Source of the DNA: Acidobacteriota bacterium
GTDB taxonomy: Bacteria > Acidobacteriota > Vicinamibacteria > Fen-336
Direction: 5' to 3'
Length of the DNA: 64,000 nucleotides
Assembly (NCBI GenBank): GCA_003223555.1
Contig: QHVM01000082.1
Coordinates: forward strand, 163,762 to 227,761
In this document: positions 44,284 through 52,895 of the stretch, in pieces
Numbering within the stretch: position 1 is the first letter of the stretch
Layout: the number at the start of each line of letters is the position of its first letter
The notes under the pieces: model-generated
Told to the model about the DNA's origin: nothing
Databases searched by the model: none
Seen by the model: only the letters and a program-made list of their open reading frames with translations
Translations under genes and position numbers: made by a program

Positions 44284-45294
44284 CTAGTCCCAGGCCAGGC
44301 CGGACCAGCGCGCGAGCACGGTGCCCACCGTGAATCCCGCCCCCACCGAGGCCATGAGGACGAGGTCCCCGCGGCGCAGCCGGCCCTCGTCGAGCGCGGT
44401 GCCGAGCGCGAGGGGGATGGTGGCGGCGGTCGTGTTGCCGTAACGGTGGATGTTCTTCAGCACCTTCGACTCGGGGAAGCCCAGCCGCTCGCTGGCCCCG
44501 TCGATGATGCGGACGTTGGCCTGGTGGGCCACGAAGAGGTCGACGTCGGCGGGGACGAGCCCGTTGCGGTCGAGCAGGTGCTTGGTGGCCTCGGCGAACT
44601 TCCGCACCGCGTACTTGAAGACGTGGGCGCCGTCCTGGCGGACGTAATGCAGCCGCTTCTCCACCGTCTCGTGGGAGGGCGGCTGGGCGCTGCCGCCGGC
44701 CGGCATGTAGAGGTGGCAGCTTCCCGCCCCGTCCACCTCGTTGTAGAAGTCGATGATGCCGGTGTCGTCCGCGGACGGCTCGACCAGCACCGCCCCCGCG
44801 CCGTCGCCGAAGAGCACGCAGGTGGTGCGGTCCTGCATGTCCAGGATCGAGGTCATCACGTCGGCCCCGACCACGAGGACCTTGTCGTGGGCGCCGGTCT
44901 CGACGAACTGCGCCCCCAGGGTCAGGGCGTAGAGGAAGCCGGAGCAGGCGGCCGAGATGTCGAAGCCCCACGCCCGGGTGGCCTTGAGCTTGTCCTGGAG
45001 GACGCAGGCGGTGGCGGGGAAGACGGTGTCGGGGGTCACCGTCGCCACCACGATGAGGTCCAGCTCGGCCGCGTCGAGCCCCCGGCGTTCGAGGCACTCC
45101 CGGACCGCCTTCGTGGCCAGCTCGCTCGTCGGCGTGCCCGGCTCGGCCCACCGCCGCTGCTCGATGCCGGTCCGGGTCCGGATCCACTCGTCGTTGGTGT
45201 TGACGATCTTCTCGAGGTCGGCGTTGGTGACCACGCGCTCGGGGACGTAGCGCCCCAGCGACGTGATGCGCGCCCGGCGGTTCGCCCGCGGCAT
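44284..45294 (-). CDS. fabH: 3-oxoacyl-ACP synthase III (FabH), copy 2
   Basis: [35 protein letters not shown]…, [18 protein letters not shown] and [14 protein letters not shown]. Confidence 0.88.
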   Translation of the reverse strand: MPRANRRARITSLGRYVPERVVTNADLEKIVNTNDEWIRTRTGIEQRRWAEPGTPTSELATKAVRECLERRGLDAAELDLIVVATVTPDTVFPATACVLQDKLKATRAWGFDISAACSGFLYALTLGAQFVETGAHDKVLVVGADVMTSILDMQDRTTCVLFGDGAGAVLVEPSADDTGIIDFYNEVDGAGSCHLYMPAGGSAQPPSHETVEKRLHYVRQDGAHVFKYAVRKFAEATKHLLDRNGLVPADVDLFVAHQANVRIIDGASERLGFPESKVLKNIHRYGNTTAATIPLALGTALDEGRLRRGDLVLMASVGAGFTVGTVLARWSGLAWD

Positions 45295-45383
45295 TTCGGG
45301 AAGGCTATTAGAGCCGAGCCGCCGGGGTCAAGCACGCGGCGGTTGTCAGCGTGCGGGAGGACGTGGCAGGCTAGGCGCCCGGC

Positions 45384-45800
45384 ATGCAGACCCCCGAGCA
45401 GCTCCTGAGGATCATGGCCGAGCAGGTGCCGTTCAACCGCCTGCTGGGCATGCACGGCGAATCGGTGGCGGCCGGCTCGTGCGTTCTGGTGCTGCCGGTG
45501 CGGCCCGATTTCGTGGGCGACTTCCGGCGTCCAGCCTTGCACGGCGGCGTGCTCTCCTCGCTCATCGACACCGCGGGCGGGGTCGCGGCCTGGTCCGCCC
45601 TCGGCCCGGGCGAGTCCGTCTCCACGGTGGACCTGCGGGTGGACTTCCTGGAGCCGGCGGGGCTGGGCGGTCCGCTGCGGGCCGACGCCCAGCTCGTGCG
45701 CAAGGGCAACCGCGTCTGCCACGTGCGGATCGCGGTCACCCAGGACGGCCTGCTCGTCGCCGAGGGCCGGGGCGTCTACAACATCCACAAGCGGAGCTGA
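45384..45800 (+). CDS. Hotdog-fold thioesterase (PaaI/YbgC-like, 'uncharacterized domain 1' family)
   Basis: …MHGESVAAGSCVLVLPVRPDFVGDFRRPALHGGVLSSLIDTAGGVAAW… is the PaaI-type pattern. Confidence 0.7.
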   Translation: MQTPEQLLRIMAEQVPFNRLLGMHGESVAAGSCVLVLPVRPDFVGDFRRPALHGGVLSSLIDTAGGVAAWSALGPGESVSTVDLRVDFLEPAGLGGPLRADAQLVRKGNRVCHVRIAVTQDGLLVAEGRGVYNIHKRS

Positions 45801-45803
45801 CGG

Positions 45804-46811
45804 GTGCGCGTCCTCGTCGTGGGCGGGACGCGCTTCGTCGGCTACGAGCTCGTCTGGCGCCTGCTCGCCGGCGGGCACCGGCTGACCCTCTTCAACCGCG
45901 GCACCCGTCCCGACCCGTTCGGGGAGCGGGTGGAGCGGCTGCGGGGGGACCGTACCGCGGGCGACCTGGCTCGCCTGGTGGCCGGGCGCCGTTTCGACGC
46001 GGCGGTCGACTTCGCTGTCTTCAACGGTGATGAAGCCGCGGAAGCGGTCGGGGTGTTGCGAGGTCACGTCGGCCACTACGTGATGATCTCCTCCGGCCAG
46101 GTGTACCTGGTGCGCGAGCCGCGGCCCACGCCGGCCCGGGAGGACGACTACGACGGTCCCCTCATGGCGGCTCCCGCTCTTGCCAGGGAGAAGGAAGAGT
46201 GGGACTACGGCATGGGCAAGCGCGCGGCGGAGGACGTCCTGGCCCGCGCATGGCAGGCGGAGCGGTTCCCGTCGACCCGCCTGCGCCTGCCGATGGTCAA
46301 CGGCGAGCGCGACCACCACCGCCGCCTGGAGGGTTACCTCTGGCGCCTGCTCGACGGCGGCCCGGTCGTCCTGCCCGACGGCGGGATGCGCCCGATGAGG
46401 CACGTCTACTCCGGCGCCGTGGCGCGGGCCACGGCGGCGCTGCTCGGCCGGAGCGACACGTTTGGCCAGGCCTACAACCTCGCCCAGGACGAGACGCCCA
46501 CGCTGCGGGAGGCGCTGACGGTGGTCGCCGAACGGCTCGGCGCCTCGCCGCGCCTCGTCACCGTGCCATCGTCGCAGATCGAGACCGCCGGCCTGGACGT
46601 CGTGGCCGTCTCGCCCTTCAGCGGCCGGTGGATGTCCTTCCTCGACCCGTCGCGAGCCAAGACCGAGCTGGGCTTCCGCCACGAGCCGCTGGCCGAATAC
46701 CTCGGCCGGATCGTGGCCGCCTTCCTGGCCCAGCCGCCGGCGTCGCCGCCCGAGAGCCTCTCCCATCGGGCCGACGAGATCGCCCTCGCCGGGTCCGCCG
46801 GGAGACACTAG
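45804..46811 (+). CDS. NAD-dependent epimerase/dehydratase family protein (extended SDR)
   Basis: MRVLVVGGTRFVGYELVWRLLAGGHRLTLFNRG is an N-terminal Rossmann GxxGxxG. Confidence 0.75.
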   Translation: MRVLVVGGTRFVGYELVWRLLAGGHRLTLFNRGTRPDPFGERVERLRGDRTAGDLARLVAGRRFDAAVDFAVFNGDEAAEAVGVLRGHVGHYVMISSGQVYLVREPRPTPAREDDYDGPLMAAPALAREKEEWDYGMGKRAAEDVLARAWQAERFPSTRLRLPMVNGERDHHRRLEGYLWRLLDGGPVVLPDGGMRPMRHVYSGAVARATAALLGRSDTFGQAYNLAQDETPTLREALTVVAERLGASPRLVTVPSSQIETAGLDVVAVSPFSGRWMSFLDPSRAKTELGFRHEPLAEYLGRIVAAFLAQPPASPPESLSHRADEIALAGSAGRH

Positions 46812-47686
46812 ATCCTCGCTTCCTCTCCCTCGAGCATCTTCCGGGCCGCGTCCAGCTCGCGCCGTTTGTCCTCGGTCACGGTCGGGTACTCGAGCTTCAA
46901 GGCCTCGAGGGCCTCGACGATGACGTCGGCCACCGCCATCCGCATGAACCACTTGTGGTCGGCGGGGACGACGTACCACGGGGCGCGCTCGGTGCTGGTC
47001 GCTTCCAGCATGTCCTCGTAGGCGGCCATGTACTCGTCCCAGTGCTCGCGCTCCTTCACGTCGCTCACCGAGAACTTCCAGTTCTTCTGCGGCTCGTCGA
47101 GCCGGGCCAGGAAGCGCCGGCGCTGCTCCTCCTTGGAGACGTGGAGGAAGAACTTCAGGATCACGGTGCCGTTGCGGGCCAGGTAGCGCTCGAGGGCGTT
47201 GATGTCCTTGAAGCGCTGCTTCCAGATGCCCACGTCCACCAGCTCGGCGGGCAGCTTCTCGGCGGCGAGGATGCCGGGGTGGACTCGCACGACCAGCACC
47301 TCTTCGTAATACGAGCGGTTGAAGACGCCGATCCGGCCGCGCTCGGGCAGGCAGCGGTTCGTGCGCCACAGGAAGTCGTGATCCAGCTCCTCGGCCGAGG
47401 GCGCCTTGAACGAGTAGACCTGGCATCCCTGGGGGTTGACCCCCGACATGACGTGCTCGATCGTGCTGTCCTTGCCCGCAGCGTCCATGGCCTGGAAGAT
47501 CAAGAGCAGCGCGTAGCGGTCGCTCGCGTAGAGCCGCTCTTGAAGCTCCCGGAGGCGCTCGATGCCCTGGACCAGGCGGTCCTTGGCTTCCTTCTTGGAC
47601 TCGAACCCCGCGGTGTGGGCGGGGTCGCGGTCCTTCAGCCGGAACTTCCCGCCCGGCGGGACGCGCAGCTCTTCGAAGACACTCAC
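46808..47686 (-). CDS. Polyphosphate kinase 2 (PPK2 family), GTG start overlapping the upstream stop (GTGA)
   Basis: …LYASDRYALLLIFQAMDAAGKDSTIEHVMSGVNPQGCQVYSFKAPSAEELDHDFLWR… is the PPK2 Walker A/lid pattern. 293 aa. Confidence 0.85.
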   Translation of the reverse strand: MSVFEELRVPPGGKFRLKDRDPAHTAGFESKKEAKDRLVQGIERLRELQERLYASDRYALLLIFQAMDAAGKDSTIEHVMSGVNPQGCQVYSFKAPSAEELDHDFLWRTNRCLPERGRIGVFNRSYYEEVLVVRVHPGILAAEKLPAELVDVGIWKQRFKDINALERYLARNGTVILKFFLHVSKEEQRRRFLARLDEPQKNWKFSVSDVKEREHWDEYMAAYEDMLEATSTERAPWYVVPADHKWFMRMAVADVIVEALEALKLEYPTVTEDKRRELDAARKMLEGEEARI

Positions 47687-48606
47687 CGCAGCATGAGGTC
47701 CCGGAAGTCCGGTGGCCGGGGCGTGCTTTCGCCGGACAACGCCTTCTCCACCGCGAACTCGGCCATCTTCTCCACCGCCCAGGGGAAGTGGGCGTCCTTC
47801 AAGCTGCGGTAGTCGAGGTCGGGCGTGTAGTTGGTGAGGTCGATGCCGTAGTACTCGCCGTCCCGGATCGCGAACTCGAGCGCGTTCATGTCGTAGCCGA
47901 GGGCCTGGTTGAAGCGCAGCGACAGCTCCTCCGCCCTGTCGCGCACCGCCGGCGGCAGCGCGTCGTAGTCCTGGTTGTAGCCGCCCCGGCCGAGGGGAGC
48001 GGGATCGTAGCGGATCGCGCGGGCGTGGCGGCGGCCGATCGTCGGTACGCGCACGTACGTGTCCCAGGCGATGAACTCCTGCAGCATCATCGTCTTCTGT
48101 CCCGACGCGTTGTAATGGAAGATCAGCTCGTCCACGTTGTGGATCTTGTTGACGTCCTTCCATCCCCCGCCGAAGGCCGGTTTCATGATGCAGGGCGCCC
48201 CCACGAAGGAGAGGTACATCTCGAAGTCGGTCGGCCAGAGGTTGCGCAGGCTCTCGTCGTTGACGTCCTCGACGTAGGCGCGATTGGGCAGGACGACCGT
48301 CTTCGGCTCGCGGATCCCCAGCTTCTCGGCCGCGGCGTAGCCGAAGAACTTGTCGTCGGCGCTCCGCCAGAAGATGTTGTTGATCACGTAGGTCCCCTGC
48401 AGCGCGGCCATCTTCAGGTAGACGGCGTAGTAGGGCACCTCGTGGCTCATCCGATCCAGGACCACCCGGTAGGGGACCCGCTCGTTGAGCTTGGTGCCTC
48501 CGAGCTGGACGAACTCGGCGGCGACCCCCTTGTCCATCGAGTTGACGCGGGCGACGAACGCGTCGGGGAACGAGTTCTCGCGGCCGCGCAGGACGCCGAT
48601 ACGCAT
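47683..48606 (-). CDS. ATP-grasp fold ligase-like protein (family not assigned), translationally coupled to PPK2
   Basis: ATP-grasp hallmarks: Lys in PCIMKPAFGGGWKDV, hinge MLQEFI, EYYGIDLTN. Falls in the same frame as the upper half of artefactual ORF 46808..48697. Confidence 0.6.
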   Translation of the reverse strand: MRIGVLRGRENSFPDAFVARVNSMDKGVAAEFVQLGGTKLNERVPYRVVLDRMSHEVPYYAVYLKMAALQGTYVINNIFWRSADDKFFGYAAAEKLGIREPKTVVLPNRAYVEDVNDESLRNLWPTDFEMYLSFVGAPCIMKPAFGGGWKDVNKIHNVDELIFHYNASGQKTMMLQEFIAWDTYVRVPTIGRRHARAIRYDPAPLGRGGYNQDYDALPPAVRDRAEELSLRFNQALGYDMNALEFAIRDGEYYGIDLTNYTPDLDYRSLKDAHFPWAVEKMAEFAVEKALSGESTPRPPDFRDLMLR

Positions 48607-48730
48607 GGCTGGCTTCTCCTCGGAGACCCGGCCGGTCCGGGGGTCGGGGATGATAGCACGCGCTCCGGCGCCGGCCGGTCTCGTGGGACACGCTCACCGG
48701 CTTGGGCTTCCGCCCGGCCTTCGAAAGACG

Positions 48731-49183
48731 CTAGGGCTGGAGCGCGGTCTCCACCGCGCAGGTGGCGGAGGCCTCGTCGCGCACCTCGGCGCGGCGGTCG
48801 CGAGAGACGTCGCGGGGCCACTGCCGCCGGTCGAGCGCCATCCGCCGGCGCTCGACGGCGTGGCCGGCCAGGCGGTCCACCAGCTCGACCAGCGCTTCGG
48901 CGTCGAGGGGCTTGGCGAGGTGGCCCGTGATGGCCGGGACCTGGCCGCCCTTCTCGGGGGACAGCGAGCGGATCGCGCGGACCAGACCGATCCCGTGCTG
49001 GCCGGGCATGTCGAGGTCCACCACCATCACGTCCGGGACGACGCCGATGACCGTCGCGAGCGCGCAGCCGGGGCTCGATACCGTGATCACCTGCGCGCCC
49101 CGGCCGCGGAGCAGCCTGGCCACCGCCTCCAACGATTCCACGTCGTCGTCCACCACGAGCACCCGCGCCCCCCGGATTCCCAT
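48731..49183 (-). CDS. Single-domain response regulator (CheY-like receiver)
   Basis: VLVVDDDVESLEAV…VMVVDLDMPGQHG…AITGHLAKP (REC motifs: acidic pocket, phosphoacceptor Asp, conserved Lys). Confidence 0.8.
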   Translation of the reverse strand: MGIRGARVLVVDDDVESLEAVARLLRGRGAQVITVSSPGCALATVIGVVPDVMVVDLDMPGQHGIGLVRAIRSLSPEKGGQVPAITGHLAKPLDAEALVELVDRLAGHAVERRRMALDRRQWPRDVSRDRRAEVRDEASATCAVETALQP

Positions 49184-49330
49184 CGCCCCGTCCCCCCGGA
49201 TCGTTCGGCACCGCGAGGTTCCTTTGCAACCGCCGAGCCAGACGCAAACCGCGTGTTTGCGGCCCGGCCGGCGGGGACGATGGACGGGGTGTCTACCGAA
49301 GAGGTCAGGCGGCTGTCCCCGGCCGCGCCG

Positions 49331-50122
49331 TTACCGGAGGCCGTCGAGGAACGACCGCACCTGGCGGTTGAACTCGGCCGGATTTTCCATGCTCGTCAGG
49401 TGGCCGGCTTTCGGGACGACGGCCAGCCGGCTCCCGGCAATGCCGCGCTGGAGGAACTGCGCTTCCGCGACCGGGGTGATCTCGTCCTCGTCCCCGACCA
49501 CGATCAGGCACGGGACCTGGATCTCCCGCAGGGTGGGGCTGGAATCGGCGCGGGCGGCCAGGCCGGCCAGCGCGTCGACGATGCCGCGGGGGGGATTGGA
49601 CTCGATCATCCGCCGGACGCTCGCCACGAGATCCGGCCGATCCCGGTGGCTGGTCGCCCCCAGCAGCTTGGGCAGCACGGCGCCGGCTATCGCGGGCGTC
49701 CCGTCCCGGAGGACCTGCTGCGCCTGCGCAGCCCGGACCGCCCGCGTCTCCACCGAGTCGGCTCCCGCCTTCGTGTCCGCCAGGACGAGGGCGCGGAGGC
49801 GCTGGGGGTGGCGGCGGACGAGGGCGAAGGCCGCATAGCCCCCCATCGAGAGGCCGCCCACGGCCGCGCTCGCCAGGCCGAGCCGGTCCAGCACGCCCAC
49901 CGCGTCGTCCGCGATCCGTTCCATGGTGAGCAGGCCGTCGCCGGGCGGCGACGCGCCGAAGCCCCGGCAGTCGAACCGCACGACCCGGTAGCCGTCGGCC
50001 AGCGCCGCCGCCTGCTCGTCCCACATCGCGAGCCCGAGAGGGAATGCGTGGAGGAGCAGCACCGCCGGTCCGGTGCCCGCCACTTCGCAGGCCAGCTCCG
50101 CCCCGGCCACCTTGAGCTTCAC
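49331..50122 (-). CDS. Alpha/beta hydrolase (3-oxoadipate enol-lactonase/esterase-like), probable GTG start at 50122
   Basis: VLLLHAFPLGLAMWDEQ…GLSMGGYAAF (nucleophile elbow GxSxG) …GHLTSMENP. The N-terminal 97 aa of ORF 49331..50416 are low complexity. Confidence 0.75.
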   Translation of the reverse strand: MKLKVAGAELACEVAGTGPAVLLLHAFPLGLAMWDEQAAALADGYRVVRFDCRGFGASPPGDGLLTMERIADDAVGVLDRLGLASAAVGGLSMGGYAAFALVRRHPQRLRALVLADTKAGADSVETRAVRAAQAQQVLRDGTPAIAGAVLPKLLGATSHRDRPDLVASVRRMIESNPPRGIVDALAGLAARADSSPTLREIQVPCLIVVGDEDEITPVAEAQFLQRGIAGSRLAVVPKAGHLTSMENPAEFNRQVRSFLDGLR

Positions 50123-51159
50123 CGAGCCCGCCTCGCCGCCGCCAGGCGCTCCTCGGCGATGCGGTCGGCCAGGCGGTGGGGCGCCACGCCTTCCTCCCGC
50201 GCCCGCCGCCACAGCGCGGCCAGCCGCTCGCCGATCTGCTCGACGCGTCGCGTGACGCCGGCCTCGTCCGTCTCGCCCTGCTCGTAGAGGAGGCTCAGCA
50301 GCCCGCCCGCGTTGACGACGTAGTCGGGGCCGTAGAGGATGCCGCGCTCGTGCAGCGCGTCGCCGTGGCGCGGCTCGGCGAGCTGATCGTTGGCCGCCCC
50401 CACCACCGCCCGGCACCGCAGGCGGGGCAGCGCGGCGTCGTCGATGACGCCGCCGGCGGCGTTGGGTGAGAGCACGTCCGCCTCGAGGTCGCAGATCGCC
50501 TCCGGCGGCGCGACCTCCGCCTTCAGCTCCGCCGCCGCCCGCTCGGTCCGGGACGGGTCGACGTCGGCCACCGTGAGCCGCACCGCCGCCCGGGCCAGCA
50601 TCCGCGCCAGGCGGTAGCCGACCTGCCCCAGGCCCTGCACGGCGACGTGCAGGCCACGGAGGGGCCGGCCGAGCTCCGCGGCGGCGGCTCGGATCGACGA
50701 GAAGACGCCGAGCGCGGCCAGCTCGGCCGTGTCGAGCTTCGCCCCCGGCGGGGTGTGGCTCACGTGGCGGGTGAGCCGGGACATCACCGCGATGTCGCGG
50801 CCGTCGATCCCCATGTCGGCCCCGGTCTGGAAGCGGCCGCCCAGGCGGTCGATCGCGCGCGCGTAGGCGGCGAGGAGCGCGCGGGTCTTGTCGCGGCCGG
50901 GATCGCCGAGGATGACCGCCTTGCCGCCGCCCCGCGGCATCTCGGCCAGCGCCGCCTTGTACGTCATGGCGCGGGAGAGGCGTAGCGCGTCGATCGCCGC
51001 CTCCTCGAGGCCGGGGTACGGGCGCATCCGGGTCCCGCCCACGGCCGGCCCCAGCGCCGTGTCGTGGATGGCGATCACGGCCCGGAGCCCGGCCTCGGCG
51101 TCCTGGACGAGGATGACTTCCTCGTGGCCCATCTCCCGGGCCAGCGCGAGGGCGGTCAT
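50119..51159 (-). CDS. Glu/Leu/Phe/Val-family amino-acid dehydrogenase (leucine/valine dehydrogenase-like)
   Basis: EVILVQDAEAGLRAVIAIHDTALGPAVGGTRMRPY…GGGKAVILG…VQGLGQVGYRLARML. Start at ATG 51159; the rest of ORF 50119..52062 is artefactual. Confidence 0.8.
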   Translation of the reverse strand: MTALALAREMGHEEVILVQDAEAGLRAVIAIHDTALGPAVGGTRMRPYPGLEEAAIDALRLSRAMTYKAALAEMPRGGGKAVILGDPGRDKTRALLAAYARAIDRLGGRFQTGADMGIDGRDIAVMSRLTRHVSHTPPGAKLDTAELAALGVFSSIRAAAAELGRPLRGLHVAVQGLGQVGYRLARMLARAAVRLTVADVDPSRTERAAAELKAEVAPPEAICDLEADVLSPNAAGGVIDDAALPRLRCRAVVGAANDQLAEPRHGDALHERGILYGPDYVVNAGGLLSLLYEQGETDEAGVTRRVEQIGERLAALWRRAREEGVAPHRLADRIAEERLAAARRAR

Positions 51160-51207
51160 GGAAGCCACGGAGTATACTCTGCCGTTCCCTTGCCCTGGAG
51201 GCTCGCG

Positions 51208-51921
51208 GTGAAGGGAAGCCTGTCCCAGGGTGCGCTCCCGGTCGTCCTGGGCCGCCTCTACGTCGAGCGCCGCTCCGGCCTGCTCCACCTCAAGCGCGGT
51301 GCGGAACGGCGGAGCGCCCGCTTCCGCAAGGGACACATCGTCCACGCCGACACCAACGCTGCCGAGGACCACATGGGCGAGGTGCTGGTGCGGACCGGGC
51401 TGCTCAGCCAGGCCGACCTCGACCGGGCCACCGCCCGCGTGCTGCGCGAGCGAAAGCGGCTGGGCCAGGTACTTCAGGAGCTGCGGATCCTCGACGAGCA
51501 CCTGCTCGAGGACGCCCTCGCCCTGCACGTGCAGGAGGTCCTGCGCAAGGCGTTCCGGTGGGAGGACGGCGAATGGTCCTTCGAAGAGCAGGAGGTGGAG
51601 ACCCCGCTGCAGGAGGACGCGACGCTGAAGGTCTTCACCGGCGACGTGATCCTGGAGGCGGCCCGCAGCGTGGCCGACCCCGCCGCGGTGCGGCACGCGC
51701 TCGGCGACCCCGACCGACCGGTCGTGCTGAGCGCCGACCCGGTGCTGCGCTTCCAGCAGATCGCCCTCAACGAAGCCGAGAGCGAGGTGCTGGGCCGGGT
51801 GGACGGCACGCGGACCGTACGGCAGCTCGTCTCGGCGCTCTCCCTGCCGGCGGAGGAGACCGAGCGGAGCCTGCTCGGACTCGTCTGCCTCGGCATGGTG
51901 GAGCCTTCGCCCGGAACCTGA
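51208..51921 (+). CDS. DUF4388 (PATAN-like) domain protein, GTG start preceded by GGAGG
   Basis: LSQGALPVVLGRLYVERRSGLLHLKRGAERRSARFRKGHIVHADTN… is homologous in pattern to the N-terminus of 9983..11524. Confidence 0.6.
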   Translation: MKGSLSQGALPVVLGRLYVERRSGLLHLKRGAERRSARFRKGHIVHADTNAAEDHMGEVLVRTGLLSQADLDRATARVLRERKRLGQVLQELRILDEHLLEDALALHVQEVLRKAFRWEDGEWSFEEQEVETPLQEDATLKVFTGDVILEAARSVADPAAVRHALGDPDRPVVLSADPVLRFQQIALNEAESEVLGRVDGTRTVRQLVSALSLPAEETERSLLGLVCLGMVEPSPGT

Positions 51922-51924
51922 GGT

Positions 51925-52040
51925 GTTGACGGGGCAGCGTTCGGCGAGCGAAGCGGAGCATCTCCCTGACCGCGCGAAGCGGGATCCACTCCCGCAAGCG
52001 CGCATGGGCGAAGCTTCGTGCGGAGCGAAGCTCGCCGCAT
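51925..52040. repeat. Single inverted-orientation copy of the GCTCCGCT-core repeat family
   Basis: Reverse complement reads GAATGCGGCGAGCTTCGCTCCGCACG…CTTCGCCCATGCGCGC…hairpin GCGGG-AGTGGAT-CCCGC…GAGATGCTCCGCTTCGCTCGCCGAACGC. Confidence 0.75.
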
Positions 52041-52060
52041 TCGAGCACGAGGAGCCTGAC

Positions 52061-52399
52061 ATGGAGAGACTGAGGACGTTCGAGGAGTTCTGGCCCTTCT
52101 ACGTGTCCGAGCACAGCCGGAGGACCACCCGGGCCCTCCACTTCGCGGGGACGACGCTGGTGCTGGGGGCGGTGGTGGCGGCGGCGCTGCGCTCGCCGTG
52201 GTGGCTGGCCGCGGCGCCCGTCCTCGGCTACGGGCCGGCCTGGATCGCACATTTCTTCGTCGAGAAGAACCGTCCGGCCACCTTCACCTACCCGCTGTGG
52301 TCGCTGCGCGGGGACTTCCGGATGTGGCGGCTGATGCTGCTGGGACGGATGGAGCCGGAGGTGGAGCGAGCGGTGCGGCTCTATCCCCGTGCCGGCTGA
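52061..52399 (+). CDS. DUF962 (Mpo1/YGL010w-like) small membrane protein
   Basis: MERLRTFEEFWPFYVSEHSRRTTRALHFAGTTLVLG…WIAHFFVEKNRPATF (DUF962 pattern). Confidence 0.65.
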   Translation: MERLRTFEEFWPFYVSEHSRRTTRALHFAGTTLVLGAVVAAALRSPWWLAAAPVLGYGPAWIAHFFVEKNRPATFTYPLWSLRGDFRMWRLMLLGRMEPEVERAVRLYPRAG

Positions 52400-52836
52400 G
52401 ACCGCGCCGGCCAGCGCATGAGGGTGGAGCTGGACGGGCAGCCGGCGCGGAACTCCCACGACTGTCGAACCGCCTCCGGGGCCTTGTCCCGGGGCAGGTC
52501 CTCGAAGCCATGCCGGCGGAAGAAGTCGGCCGCCGTCGTGGTGAGCAGGTAGAGGCCCTCGAGCTTGAGCTTGCGGGCCAGCCCTTGCGCGCCCGCGACG
52601 AGGAGGCCGCCGATGCCCTCGCCGCGATAGTCGGGGTCGACCGCCACGCTGCGCAGCAGGCCGTCGTCGCCGCACACCTCCACGCCGCAGAGCCCCACCA
52701 GCCGGCTGGCGTCGCGCACGACCAGGTAGTTGCCGAAGTGGTCGACCACCCCCTCCTCGGGCAGCTCTACGCGGTGGAGCAGCTCGCGCGCGGGGCCGAT
52801 GTCGTGGGCCTGGGCCGGCTCGGCGCTAAACGGCAT
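52381..52836 (-). CDS. GNAT-family N-acetyltransferase (start at ATG 52836)
   Basis: …VAVDPDYRGEGIGGLLVAGAQGLARKLKLEGLYLLTT… (acetyl-CoA binding motif A). Confidence 0.75.
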   Translation of the reverse strand: MPFSAEPAQAHDIGPARELLHRVELPEEGVVDHFGNYLVVRDASRLVGLCGVEVCGDDGLLRSVAVDPDYRGEGIGGLLVAGAQGLARKLKLEGLYLLTTTAADFFRRHGFEDLPRDKAPEAVRQSWEFRAGCPSSSTLMRWPARSQPARG

Positions 52837-52895
52837 GGGCCATTCTAAGCCCGGCCGCCGACGCGGAGCCGGGTTAGAATCTGGGTTCCGGGGTC

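Noticed and set aside
46808-48697. 629-aa ORF spanning PPK2 and further upstream
   Set aside because: Only the C-terminal 293 aa are PPK2. The upstream part overlaps the ATP-grasp gene in another frame.
50119-52062. 647-aa ORF apparently fusing an unknown N-terminal region to a leucine-dehydrogenase domain
   Set aside because: The dehydrogenase family starts at the internal ATG (51159). The upstream 300 codons overlap the + strand DUF4388 gene (51208..51921) and are low complexity.
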